Assembly (NCBI RefSeq): GCF_002113885.1
Contig: NW_018404492.1
Span: 5,540,181-5,596,796 of the forward strand
Origin: Mizuhopecten yessoensis
Taxonomy: Eukaryota
Length of the DNA: 56,616 bases
Direction: 5' to 3'
The position numbers and the translations under genes were made by a program. The notes below the pieces were generated by a model. The model did not search any database, was not told the DNA's origin, and saw nothing but the letters and a program-made list of their open reading frames with translations. Positions 12,871 to 26,700 of the stretch are shown here, in pieces (within the stretch, counting starts at the first letter, position 1; each line of letters opens with the position of its first letter).

Positions 12871-14722
12871 ACAGAGGCTACGATATGCTTGTTTTCTGTG
12901 GTAAACTCCACTGGGACGAATGTTATTGTCAATGTCTTTCCTCCATATTAAGAGGCATCTGGGCTGGTGTTATCGGGTTGTCACTGTTCACCTTTTTGAC
13001 TGTTTATATACTATTGTATTTATTATGCGCGTCATCTAAAGGTCAAGTTTATTATCGGATAGCCAGTGTTTATAACATAGCATCAAAGATTAATCATCTT
13101 GTTACCGATGAGGTCTTTCATAGCATTTCCTGCAATCTTTGTGTTCTTGAAGATAAATGTTGCCAAGTTGATCTTGATTTAATTTTGATTTTAACATATT
13201 TTATTTGCAAAAATACCAAAGGGATTAGACACAAGTTATAAAACATAAAGTTCGCCTTAATTCTCTCTTAAAACAATAATGATGAAATATACATATGGCT
13301 GCAAAGTAGAAAATATTGATGACTGTAAATTTAGATGACTCAATAGGAAACATGAATAAGATAAAATGTACAATATACAAATCTTATAGATTTTTTTGTA
13401 TTGAATGTAACCTTTCATGTCTCAGTAATCTGTATATAACATAAACATACGCTGTAACAATACTATAAACAATCTATAGTGTATATTTTCATATTGAAAC
13501 TTCTGTCAATGATACATATCATATAGTCGCTAAAATAATATAAAATTTAATAATTTAAGATTAGCTTTGAAATCAACCTGCATGTGTCAACACCGTATAC
13601 GTAGCAGCTTGGTGATCTTGGATTTCTCAATTTGGAGACCCTGCGGCCATTTTAGAGCTTGTTAAACAAAACCTTTGGTGAGTTGAGCACCCCGCAATTA
13701 ATGTCACTAAATATCGTATGCCATAATAAACACGATTTACCTTTGGGGTTAAGACAATGTTAATGACCAAGTCAAAATGCATCATACACTCTTTCTATGT
13801 GAAGGTAGCAAAACAAATATCATGATCGAAAAACGTTTAACGTATGTCGTACTTTTTTCATCAATGGAAAAGATTGTCGTTCACGCGTGAAAGTTTCCCC
13901 CATTTTGACAGTTTTTCCCATGTGAGAAACGCGCCTTTTTTTAATAGAAAATGTCTTTTTGATTTTTATAAAATTGAAATGTTGATTCCCGGATGAAAAA
14001 GATAACGTTATCGATTTTTTGTCTGTTATGATACGGCTGGTACTGCATGGGGTCTATTGTGATATGGTGTAGGGTTATATAAATATTTCTGAAAAAAAAT
14101 CTTTAATATTCAGAGAATTTTCTTATTCAAAACAACATATACTTCAGCATATGAAAACGGTGGTAATTTCTCCCTGACCGTTTTACTTTATTTTAATTGC
14201 ACAATGAATTGTATGTCAAATAGCAACAGAAAATGTAGATATATTTATACAAAAAGGGGACATAACTGTTGGTAGTCAAACCATAGCCGAATCCGTCTCT
14301 TTTATTAGTCACTAACTCCTCCTACTTTCGATTTACTGAGTGATGCATATGGACAAAGGTATTCATTTTTTGTTCTTCTAGTAAGTTAATGATAAATACT
14401 GTTTGGTGTTTCACCATTGACTGCCTGTGGCAGGTTACCATATAGTTTACGTGGAATAACTGACTATCTCTTTAAAAGATAAAATGGATTTTTTACAGTT
14501 ATTTCGGACTATAACAAATCATGTGGTGGTGTTTTTACCACAACCTGCTGGTCTGTAAGTAAATGCTTAAATTTCATTATATTGAGATCTCCAAAAATTG
14601 CTGTATTTCAGATTTGATCAATTCAATTTTTTTAATGATGCACTGATCTTGAGATTTGTGCATTGAATTTGATCCTGAGATTTATACATTGGGTATCTGA
14701 TCTGGCCGCTGACATGTGTATC

Positions 14723-17700
14723 ATGGACCCTGTCGCAGAGATACATTTCTATGGCTGGTGGGCATTAGTCTACATACAGAAACAGTTCAGTGTAAGTATA
14801 TGCTTATTATTTATTTTACTTCACCATGTACAAAATGAATGTATTTTCAGGAACAGATCCCTCTCCTTTTTAAATCAATTATTGTTATAATATCTTTACC
14901 AAGTTTTAAACTATATATTATTATATTTTGTAAATACATGTATATAGATCTATAATATCTCGGATGAAATATAGCAACATATATTGCATATATATAAATA
15001 CACTAGCCAAACTGTAATATCAATCCAGCAACTTTCGTTCCCTATAGCTGTTAAACCAGATTAATTACTGGATATATTTTGGGACAGAGCATGATAAATC
15101 TGTACCCTTAAGCACTGTTTGTGATTGTGGGATAAAAAGATGAGTGATTGCTGAATGATTATCCCTTACTAATGGTGCTGATTTGAATACCTTTGTTCAT
15201 CATTTTATGGCATTGATTATATTTTAGAATTATTCAGAATGGATGTTATTTCTGAGTAAACTTGGAGACCCTCGTTATGCATTCCTCATATACTTTCCTG
15301 TGGCCTTCTGCCTTAGCCGATCACGTGGAACACAGGTGTTGTGGGTAGCCTGTAGTGCTGAGTGGCTGAATGCTGTATTAAAACTGTAAGACTTTTATTT
15401 GTTATGTAATATCCAATACAGTAACACGTCACTAACAGAAATATGCTAGATATCATTGAGTTAGAGCTACATATCATTCAAAACTAAACTATTACAATAT
15501 GTTTAGATATTTGGTTGATTCAATGCTATATGAATAATCATTACTATATCTTACTTCCTTCAAAACAATGAACCAAGATGTCTGCGCTCCTAAATTCCTA
15601 ATTGTGACATTTTGTGCTACCATTATTGTAGCTTTGGAATTACTACAAACTTTAACCTTGTATAAGAGAAGGATATGGTCCCCTTTGGGTAAAGGAATGA
15701 GGCCCAAGCTTGAAAAGATGATTGATAATCTCAAAAGACAATTTAAATACTTAAGTACATCTGATTGGGGTTATATCGTATTTGACACAGAGCATCCCTG
15801 GACAGATGGGCAGGATCCAAATTAAGAAATAAGAATGATCTCTTCAAGCTTAGCAATTGTATATATGGTTATAGGTTTGGAATCTCAATAGTTTCCATGT
15901 TGTGATTAAAGGGGCTGGTCGGGGGAAGGAATACAAAATAAATGGGTCTAAATGCGTTCTCTGGCCTTCCAAAAGTTATAGCACGGCAATATGATGGTCA
16001 AGTTCTGCTTGCAATGTCCAGTTTTGACCACTGAAATCTCGGGGAAGCCCCGCGTAAATTTAACGCATATCTATTTATATATGTCACGTGGTTGTTTCGA
16101 AAGTTAGGAAGTGAAGATAACAACAATAGCAAGCCGTCATGTGCCATGTGGGACTCAACTAGCAGACAAGACAGCAATACTATACGTAAATAATCGTTTT
16201 CGAAGGTCATGTATGATGCAAGTGTAGTATTCCTACCTATGTGTTGTTGTTATATATAACGGTATTGATACCTCGTGCCTGTCATGACTTTTGCATGCAT
16301 CATTTGGCCTTGTTGATGACGCGCGTTCGGTAAAATTACATCACTGATCTGGGTCAATTGAGAGTTTTAGACTGTCGGTGACGATTTAGGATTTCTTTAA
16401 TATAATTACATTTTTTACACTTATGGAGTGAATTTCAGCAAAATTTGAATCGGTATATTTCATAAGAAGGTATTTTAAATGTGTATGTCATTTTAGCAAA
16501 TATGACATTTTTTCCCCGACCAGCCCCTTTAAGGAAGTACAAGTACCAAGGGGTGAGGCAAGACCCCAGGCCAATCCTATAAGCAGTAGTGTATTCTTCT
16601 CTACCTGCACTGTAATGGTATATATGGTTATATGGGTGGATCTAAACCGTTTACATGATATGACCCAGTGATTAAAACAGAAGGATGGAACCGGATCCCT
16701 TGGCGAACACCATAAGTACAAATTTATTTGTCTCCTCAAATCCAGCAATATTGTGTGTATGGTAACTAATTTGCCTAGGGACAAAGTCTCTGGAGGCAGG
16801 GCACGACCCTATGGCAATCCTGTTAGCATGGATGCATTCATCTTTTCATGCCCACTGTAAGTGTATGTAGTTATTATATGGTTGGGATCTTAATGATCGT
16901 TAATAGTACAGCTTGACACCCAATATTTTTCTTTTAGGTCTCCATCATTCAGACCCATGGGGCTGCACCATTTTCGTTCATACAAAATATGGTCAACTTG
17001 ACCTAGTGCTGTTTCAAACCAAATATGGTTTCATTCTGTGAAGTTTTTCAGGAACAGGATGATTCTGAAGCAAAAATACACATGCAAGGTTCTGCCCCTC
17101 TGCTCACTGGAGATAAGCGATGTTATGATATGCCAAGAGTGTATCACGATATATTGCAATACAGAATGAATATATTGCGATACGTATCCCGATATATTGT
17201 CATAGGAAAGATGAGCTCGATTTTATAATAAGTTGTTGTCAGAATGTTATCACACTTATATCATATATAATATGGATCACATGGATTTAAGATTTTTGTC
17301 AAACCAACCATCGATTACAAAGTCTGAACTAATTCCCACCACTATAAAAGTCTGTTTTATGCTTATTGGCATATCTGTTAGAATTTGTAGTAATTTGCAA
17401 AGTTAAAACACCAAGTAGAATGAGATACATAAAAATAAGGGTTTTTTTCATCTCTGTATTATGGTACGATATGATATATCCGTGTTTTGCGATACACCTG
17501 TTTTCCGATATATTGTGACATCCTTACTGGAAATACACAACCTTGATTTTATCAAAAAGTGATCATCTTGCCCCGGCAATGTTTAATACCAAATATGGTA
17601 GCAATCTGTGTGTCATTCAGTAGGGGTAGGTTTTTGAAGATGAAATTGCATGTCTAATTTTAAATATATCAGGCCCACCTTATGCCATGCCCCTTTGGCC

Positions 17701-20688
17701 CCAGAGGTCATACAAACTTCATTTATGCAAAATAAGATAAGCATAGGATATTTCCTTTGGTACATGTACGAAACAGGGAAACAATATTTCAGTTTAAACC
17801 TGGCATATTGTGCTGAATGTAAGAGAGTATTGAGCAAAGTTCACATAAACTGCATCATCATTTACCTGTTTTGTATGAGGCTTACCTCACTATACTGTAT
17901 GCATACTTATGTTTAGAAATAATCCACCTGTCGCAGTCTTAAAATTTGATATGGACTCACTTTGGCTTTAATAAGGGTATTTCACCTGCCACAATATTGA
18001 CAAGTGTGGTCATCTGCACAGCTGATATTAATGTACGTGTCATTTTTTCAAGTATCCTTCATGGTGATCGGCCATACTGGTGGGTTGGGGAGACTTACAA
18101 GTACAAAGAAAAGGCAGAATTGGAGACTATGCTACCTACACAATATAACCTTACCTGTGAAACAGGACCAGGTATGTACTCGCTATTTCCTCAACTGTGA
18201 AACAGGACCAGGTATGTATCTACCATTTCCTCAACCCTGAAACGGTACCAGGTTTTTACTCAATATTACCCATGAAACATGACCAGGTTTGTACCTAATA
18301 TTACCTGTGGAATAGGACCAGGTTTGTACTCAATATTACCTGTGAAAAGGACCAGGTTTGTATCCCAATATTACCTGTGAAAAGGACCAGGTTTGTACCC
18401 AATATTACCTGTGAAACAGGACCAGGTTTGAACTCCAATATCATCTTTGGAATGGGACCAGGTATGAACTGAATATTTTCTTACCTGTGAAACAGGACCA
18501 GGTAAGTGCTGAATGCATTATATCATCTGATCTTTGAAAAAACAGGACCTGGTGTTTAATGAATAGAATTACTTTACCATTGCAACAGGACTTCGTATGT
18601 CCAATGTCCATAATAAACTTCCAATGTCTGTGAAACAGGACAAGGTATGTAGTCAATACTGTATTCTTTCTGCTGGAGGAAACGGGAATATGGATAGTGC
18701 TTGATTTTCAGTTCCTGATTGTTGGGAATCTTGTGTTACTTAAAACTGTTCCTTTGTTGTATTGTATTCATCGATTTATTGTGGCTGGAAAATAACACTT
18801 ACAAAAATGACTATCAAAACAGTACATATTTTTAAGGATTCACACTTCGATCAACTTTTGATTGTTACAAAATGTGCAATATAACTACATGCAAAATTTG
18901 AAAAGTTATCGTCATATTTACTGTTGTGTAAGCACATCGATACTGTGATACAAATCATTTATACAAGGAATGGAATTATTTCTTATGAAATATTCAGTAT
19001 ATGTACAAGTTTAAATAAATATATAACAATATTGACAGTGTCATGATGCAATCTCCGATAAATTATCAGATTACTTGTTATTTTTCACGAGATGCCAGAA
19101 ATGTTTCTAAAAAGTTTTAAAATACCTTGGAGGGTTTCCTTATTCCAGAAACTTATCTGGAAATATATACTAAACTGGAAATTGCAATATGCTAATAGTC
19201 AACTACACCTATTCAAGTCCCGTGGTTTAATACTTGTGTCTTTTAGGAAGTCCTTCAGGCCATGCCATGGTGACATCAGCAGTGTTCTTTGTCCTTGTAA
19301 AGGGCATATTGGATTCCAGACAGAAACACCAAAGGTAAATGGTTGCTACCTAAGCTTGTCTTGCTGTGCTGGTGTTAGATTGGTCATCAGTCATATTCGA
19401 AATTGATAAATTCTAGTTGGTTAACGAGTGGTAACTATAGTTTTTGGATAAAAGAAGGACGACATTTACTACCAATTTGTAGTATCTATTCTTTAAATTT
19501 TTACAATTGGTCACCTTATACTGTGAAGATTTAAATTTTGACAGCAGTACTCTTTCGTGAAATGATTTGTTGCAGTGTGAATTTTGCTTTGTTTCAGCAG
19601 AATCATGCAGGCTGCTTTATGGACAAGTTTTGCTGCAATTATTCTGGCAGTGGATATTTCACGTGTTTTCATAGCGACTCATTTCCCCCATCAAGTCATT
19701 ATGGGTACTTTGATAGGTAGGTTCCGTTAGTTTCATTCATGGACCGAGTGCTGAATTTTTGAATAACAAAGCCAATATTTAATAATCTTGTCACACATGA
19801 ATCAAAAGTGTTGGAGCTTGGCAGTAATAGAATAACAAGCTTTAAACTTTTTCAAAGATAACTACTAATTATGATTCCTATTGAACCGTTAATTGGCATG
19901 TGTCATGTGGGATATGCCTGATTAGACTGTAATGCGATTATTGGTTTTAAGTAGAGAGTTTTAATAACGTGGTTTAAATCTGTTTTCAACATTTTACAGG
20001 AATAGGGATAGGAGCAATCATTAATATGGATGTTGTTGCTAGCCTCCGTAGCAAACATTACCTGCTGGGAACAATGGTGGCTGTGGGAGGATGCATGCTG
20101 ACGTACTATGCCCTGTTGTCGCTAGGTTACGACCCCTTGTGGTCTATTCCAATGGCCCACAAGTGGTGTGCTACATCCACCTGGGTCCACCCCGACACCT
20201 CGCTGTTCTTTGCCGTCATCAGGGACATCTCCTGTCTGGCAGGTTGGTACAGAGTGTAAATCCAAGGTGTTAATTTATATTTGTGGCAACAGTAATCATT
20301 TTCTTAATGTAAATGGATTATAATGTGTGTGATTCTCACAGACGGCAAGGATGCATGTTCTGACTTGTAACAAATTTGTCCATTCCTTAAATGTCATTTT
20401 TTTTTTATTGCAGGATTTGGATTCAGTGTATACATCTTTGAAAAAAAATCATCTGAAGAAAAACCAGGTTCAGTTCACATCATGTCAAAAATTTTGCAGA
20501 TTGTTTCAAGCTTGTGTGTGACTCTGATGTCGGAAAATATCAAGCTGCCTAGGGACTCTGATGCAATATTTTATGGAGCAGCTTTTATCAAATTCTTCTT
20601 GATGGTGTTGGTCCTTGTGGTCCAAATACCTGCCGTTTTTGACAGATGTGCTTCAAAATCCAACTGCACCAAGAAGAAGAACTCTTGA
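14723..20688 (+). CDS. G6PC: Glucose-6-phosphatase catalytic subunit (PAP2 family), 7 coding exons, 356 aa
   Basis: Exons 14723-14791, 15228-15385, 18053-18171, 19247-19334, 19598-19716, 20000-20242 and 20414-20688 join in frame with GT-AG introns (1071 nt). Motifs include WLNAVLK-LILHGDRPYWW, TCETGPGSPSGHAM, SRVFIATHFPHQV, WSIPMAHKWC...WVHPDT and a C-terminal KKNS (KKxx ER retrieval). There is an alternative in-frame ATG at 14714. Orthology to G6PC1/2/3 cannot be resolved by eye. Confidence 0.95.
15906..16532. mobile_element. Non-autonomous DNA transposon, TTAA target site (Kolobok-like), in G6Pase intron 2
   Basis: TTAA-aggggctggtcgggg ... ccccgaccagcccct-TTAA: a perfect 15-bp TIR with a TTAA duplication. 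Confidence 0.85.
18151..18658 (+). repeat. Tandem array (~35-40 bp unit, ~13 copies) built from the G6Pase exon 3 end + splice donor
   Basis: Repeats of ttacctgtgaaacaggaccag|gt(a/t)tgtactcaata. The first copy is the true exon end, encoding TCETGP. Confidence 0.9.
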
Positions 20689-21582
20689 GGAAAACATCTT
20701 AAAATTGTCAGAAATGGCAAATTTCCATTTGTTTAAATATTTTATGTATGTTTTAGTCGTAGCAAATATTGACTTTCAAATCACTTTGACATGTATTGGA
20801 TACTGTTAATGTTGGTGTTCATTTTTTTCACAATTTTTGGGTTCTTTTTATTTACTGTGGCAGTGATATACAGAGCTTAAATATTGTGACAAGTTTTACA
20901 CAATGCCAGTGAATTAATGGCATTTACTACTTTTTTCATTGTATTTATTTATTGTTGTTGGTTTGTATACATGGTAAATGTGGATTTTGCTTTACGGGAC
21001 CAATAAATCGCAGGACGAAAAGCAACAAGTGAGTGATCATTTATTATTTACAAGGCAATGTATTGTGAGGAAACCCATAGTCCCCCACCAATATCAATTT
21101 TGTTATTTGCCAAACTGTACACAATCCTTTATTTCTCAGGGTCATCTGAGTTGGAAAGAAAGATACAGTGCTTATAAAATCAAAGTTTTGCTTTCTACAC
21201 AAACAATGTATCTATTCAATATGTCGCAACGTTTCAAGACCGACTGGTCCCTTTGTCAATCCATGACTCCTAATTTGCCAACAATGCTGATACACATATT
21301 GAAGTACATTAAAGACATTTTAAATTTATAAATACTCAATTGTTTTGCTGCAAACAAAGTGATGATTGTAATATGGACAAATTTGTTTTTATGATTCGAG
21401 TCATACATGTAGGTAGGTTGCAGTGACTGACATTCCTGTTTCAATGATAATGCTAGATGTCAAAAAATAGGTCATATTGACCTACTTTAAGTATGAAACA
21501 TTCTGCCCCCTCGAGAGGTACCTGCATGTCACATTTGGTAGCTCTATGTGAAATAGTATACACACACCCCAAACCAACAGGT

Positions 21583-21673
21583 TTAACTCATTCACCCCTG
21601 AACTTTCATAATGAACTATTCCAACTTTTGCATTGTAAGCATTCAAATATGTCTTTAGGGGTGAATGAGTTAA
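21583..21673. mobile_element. ~90-bp TTAA-flanked miniature TIR element
   Basis: TTAA-ctcattcacccct ... aggggtgaatgag-TTAA. Confidence 0.75.
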
Positions 21674-22721
21674 TGACTGAGGTCGGAGGTCTAAATATGT
21701 GTTACAGCAACCTTTTTACTGTATGTGAAACTTCACTATTTTAGTAAGAACATGAATACCAAATTTGGTAAATGGAATAGTACATGACAAGAAATAGAGA
21801 AGATTGTCTAAAGACAGAGTGTAAACCTTCATGACTATCGATGGGAGACTACAAAGCAGCAAAGAATATGTCATACCATTTCTCCTTCCATGTATATACA
21901 CTGTACAAATTATCATATAGCATATACATTTAAAATATTGATGGCCATTTACTCAAAACAAATATACATACATCCTACATTATGGCCTCTGATGTACATA
22001 CATAGGTTTTAACTGTACCCTAAGGCCAACTACTTATAAAGGATAAACCATGAACATGTAACAAATGTACTGTGTAACTCTATGTACAAAATATGTATAC
22101 ATGTACATATATAAAAATGGCTGCTTCAATGGCATTCCACTTCCCTAACGAAGAATATACCAAAATGAAGCATTAAAGTATCTGAGGTGGTCCTCTATTC
22201 ATGATTACAATGTACATTACTCAAATAACTATCACACTGTCTAGCACCATGATGGAGAACGAAGGAAGAAATTGAAACTTCTATAATTGGAATATAGGAA
22301 TATATTCTATATATCGATAGGAAGAGAATGAACTTAGATGTATATCATAAAAGAATTCCCAAAAAGTTGCCATTCCATTGGATATCTATAAACTTGACGG
22401 GGAAAAAATCCTTTAAAAAGCAACTTTTCTCATTCCTTTTATCTATGAACACAGATTTTCAGCGAAAATGATCATTCTTGTCCATCGCAGATCTATGAGT
22501 CTATTATTTTATCTATTATTCTATTATGTTCAATCAATCCACTCTGAATTAAACAGTGAACACATATACAATTGTATCATAACTGTCAAACCAAAAACAC
22601 TTCCCATTGTAGGAACTTGTCACACAGCAAACCTCTTATTTACATTAAATCTGTGTAGGAACAAATACTGTAATTTCTTACTAATGGTTCCATATTATAG
22701 CTCAAAATTGTACTTACATCC

Positions 22722-22811
22722 TTAACCCTTTCACCACTGTAGACCATAATGGACTCATCCAGATCAATGCATGGTAGAGTCTACTAAAGTTACATAGGGT
22801 TGAAAGAGTAA
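22722..22811. mobile_element. ~90-bp piggyBac-like miniature element, copy 1 (others at 29500-29590 and 30752-30843)
   Basis: ttaaccctttcaccactgtagaccataatggactcatccagatcaatgcatggtagagtc...gggttgaaag. Three near-identical copies with TTAA-CCC...GGG-TTAA consensus termini. Confidence 0.8.
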
Positions 22812-23735
22812 TAATCTCTAAACTTTTGTTCATGTTTTACAACACAGTTTAAGTGCAATTTTATATCAGATTCATCATTTTAAAAACAGATTTACCATAC
22901 ATATTCACCGATACTTTCAATTCATAAAATATGTGGCATTTGTTTGATAATGCAGAATAACTTTGAAGGAAACTCCATATCAATTTCTTACCTTAACAAA
23001 GTCCACTAACGGCCATAAATGTTATTCATTAGAAAACAGCCAAAAGGTCCTACACCTGTTCATTTTGCATAGAAACTAATAGGATATAGTTTTCCAAATT
23101 ATTCATGGTTTTACTTAGACATGTTACACAGGAATCATAGGTATCATACATCAAAATATAATCAATCACTTTGAATTTAAAGCAAAATAATGCAATTTTT
23201 CTTTTGAGTACAAGTAGCAACAAAAATTAAATAACATTTCATGTCATGTATATTAAGCTAAAAAATATTGATAGTGCAATACACAATCAGTTAGGAGTTC
23301 ATTCCAACTGTCCATTTGTTCAAACTTTAAAACTCAGTTACCAGTATTTTACCAAGATGTAATCCAACCTCGGAATGCAAGTCAAAAGGAAGTACAATAT
23401 TGCACACATCCACAATGTCTTCAACTAACTTCTTCCATGATCCACATGTATACATATACTGGCCTTGATTTTTTTGTAAATGCAATTTAATTAGCATTCA
23501 AAAGCAACAATATTAAGACTTTAGTTGAGGGCCAGTTTTTGTAATTCCCATACTGGCTATATTTCCCTATTAAGTGGGGGGGGGGCCTCTTCCATTTGGC
23601 TTTAAAAATACTACAATAAAAACTTTCCTATATCCAGATTCCTGTCATTGAAAAATGTGAAGGTATTTCATTTTTTACTTTAAAAACAAATACTAAGTTC
23701 AAAATTTTGCATACAAATTACAATAGTAGTCCCAA

Positions 23736-26700
23736 CTATATCTGTACATTTGATAGTGATTTTGTACATGTAACACTAGATGCATGAAGTGGATTGGCAG
23801 GAAATATTTTGATCGGTAAGTCCCAGACCATTGTTTCGACGTTCAGTGTCGGAGGACCTCTCCAGGAAGCACTTTCATCAGGATTGCTGGGCCGCTCCGA
23901 CTCCGGAATGGGAACACAGGATGTGACAAACTCGAAGTGTAAACGCCATCTCAAACACACTGAAATGTATAAAGGATCAACATCTTCACGTTACGCTTAT
24001 GGGAAATTTAGAGAAAACCAGGAAAAATAAATAACAGGTCTAATAAACTTGTATCACCAATCCCTACCAATGTTTATAATGAAGGCTGTGAGGTGTAGTT
24101 AGATGTTGATATGGCAAACCCCGAAGGGGCCCCCAACCCCTACCAACGTCTGTAGAGAAAGCTGTGGGAAATACTAAGATGTGGATTTGGTGAGCCCTCA
24201 GGGAGCTCTCACCCTTAACTATGTCAGAAATGAAGGCTCAGTAATGAAGACTTGGGTAGCTGTGAGGGGTACTGGGATGTTGATATGGTGAGCCCTGAGG
24301 GAGACCCAACCTTAACCTATGTCAGTTATGAAGGCTGGGGTAGATGTTAGGGATACTGGGATATTGATGTGGTGAGCACCAATGGGAGCCCCCAACCCTT
24401 ACCTATGTCAGTTATGAAGGCTGGGGTAGATGTTAGGGATACTGGGATATTGATGTGGTGAGCACCAATGGGAGCCCCCCACCCTTACCTATGTCAGTTA
24501 TGAAGGCTGGGGAAGCTGTTAAGGATACTGGGATGTTGATGTGGTGAGCCCAAAAGGAACCCTCAGCCCTTACCTGTGTCAGTAATGAAGGCTGGGGTAG
24601 CTGGTAGGGTCACTGGGATGTTGATGTGGTGAGCCCTGAGAAAGCCCCCACCCTAACCTATGTCAGTAATGAAGGCTGGGGTAGCTGTGAGGGGTACTGG
24701 GATGTTGATATGGTGAGCCCACTAGGGAGCCCCCAACCATACCTATGTCAGTAATGAAGGCTGGGGTAGCCGTGAGGGGTACTGGGATGTTGATATGGTG
24801 AGCCCACTAGGGAGCCCCCACCCTTACCTATGTCAGTAATGAAGGCTGGGTTGGCTGTGAGGGGTACTGGGATGTTGATATGGTGAGCCCACTAGGGAGC
24901 CCCCACCCTTACCTATGTCAGTAATGAAGGCTGGGTTGGCTGTGAGGGGTACTGGGATGTTGATATGGTGAGCCCACTAGGGAGCCCCCACCCTTACCTA
25001 TGTCAGTAATGAAGGCTGGGTTGGCTGTGAGGGGTACTGGGATGTTGATATGGTGAGCCCACTAGGGAGCCCCCACCCTTACCTATGTCAGTAATGAAGG
25101 CTGGGTTGGCTGTGAGGGGTACTGGGATGTTGATATGGTGAGCCCACTAGGGAGCCCCCACCCTTACCTATGTCAGTAATGAAGGCTGGGTTGGCTGTGA
25201 GGGGTACTGGGATGTTGATATGGTGAGCCCACTAGGGAGCCCCCACCCTTACCTATGTCAGTAATGAAGGCTGGGTTGGCTGTGAGGGGTACTGGGATGT
25301 TGATATGGTGAGCCCACTAGGGAGCCCCCACCCTTACCTATGTCAGTAATGAAGGCTGGGTTGGCTGTGAGGGGTACTGGGATGTTGATATGGTGAGCCC
25401 ACTAGGGAGCCCCCACCCTTACCTATGTCAGTAATGAAGGCTGGGTTGGCTGTGAGGGGTACTGGGATGTTGATATGGTGAGCCCACTAGGGAGCCCCCA
25501 CCCTTACCTATGTCAGTAATGAAGGCTGGGTTGGCTGTGAGGGGTACTGGGATGTTGATATGGTGAGCCCACTAGGGAGCCCCCACCCTTACCTATGTCA
25601 GTAATGAAGGCTGGGTTGGCTGTGAGGGGTACTGGGATGTTGATATGGTGAGCCCACTAGGGAGCCCCCACCCTTACCTATGTCAGTAATGAAGGCTGGG
25701 TTGGCTGTGAGGGGTACTGGGATGTTGATATGGTGAGCCCACTAGGGAGCCCCCACCCTTACCTATGTCAGTAATGAAGGCTGGGTTGGCTGTGAGGGGT
25801 ACTGGGATGTTGATATGGTGAGCCCACTAGGGAGCCCCCACCCTTACCTATGTCAGTAATGAAGGCTGGGTTGGCTGTGAGGGGTACTGGGATGTTGATA
25901 TGGTGAGCCCACTAGGGAGCCCCCACCCTTACCTATGTCAGTAATGAAGGCTGGGTTGGCTGTGAGGGGTACTGGGATGTTGATATGGTGAGCCCACTAG
26001 GGAGCCCCCACCCTTACCTATGTCAGTAATGAAGGCTGGGTTGGCTGTGAGGGGTACTGGGATGTTGATATGGTGAGCCCACTAGGGAGCCCCCACCCTT
26101 ACCTATGTCAGTAATGAAGGCTGGGTTGGCTGTGAGGGGTACTGGGATGTTGATATGGTGAGCCCACTAGGGAGCCCCCACCCTTACCTATGTCAGTAAT
26201 GAAGGCTGGGTTGGCTGTGAGGGGTACTGGGATGTTGATATGGTGAGCCCACTAGGGAGCCCCCACCCTTACCTATGTCAGTAATGAAGGCTGGGTTGGC
26301 TGTGAGGGGTACTGGGATGTTGATATGGTGAGCCCACTAGGGAGCCCCCACCCTTACCTATGTCAGTAATGAAGGCTGGGTTGGCTGTGAGGGGTACTGG
26401 GATGTTGATATGGTGAGCCCACTAGGGAGCCCCCACCCTTACCTATGTCAGTAATGAAGGCTGGGTTGGCTGTGAGGGGTACTGGGATGTTGATATGGTG
26501 AGCCCACTAGGGAGCCCCCACCCTTACCTATGTCAGTAATGAAGGCTGGGTTTGCTGTGAGGGGTACTGGGATGTTGATATGGTGAGCCCACTAGGGAGC
26601 CCCCAACCATACCTATGTCAGTAATGAAGGCTGGGGTAGCTGTAAGGGGTACTGGGATGTTGATATGGCGAGCCCACTAGGGAGCCCCAACCTTACCTAT

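Noticed and set aside
14484-14554. Possible extra upstream coding exon of G6Pase (ATG...ct|gtaagt)
   Set aside because: Splicing to the acceptor at 14612 hits a stop before the conserved region; at most a 5' UTR exon or uORF.
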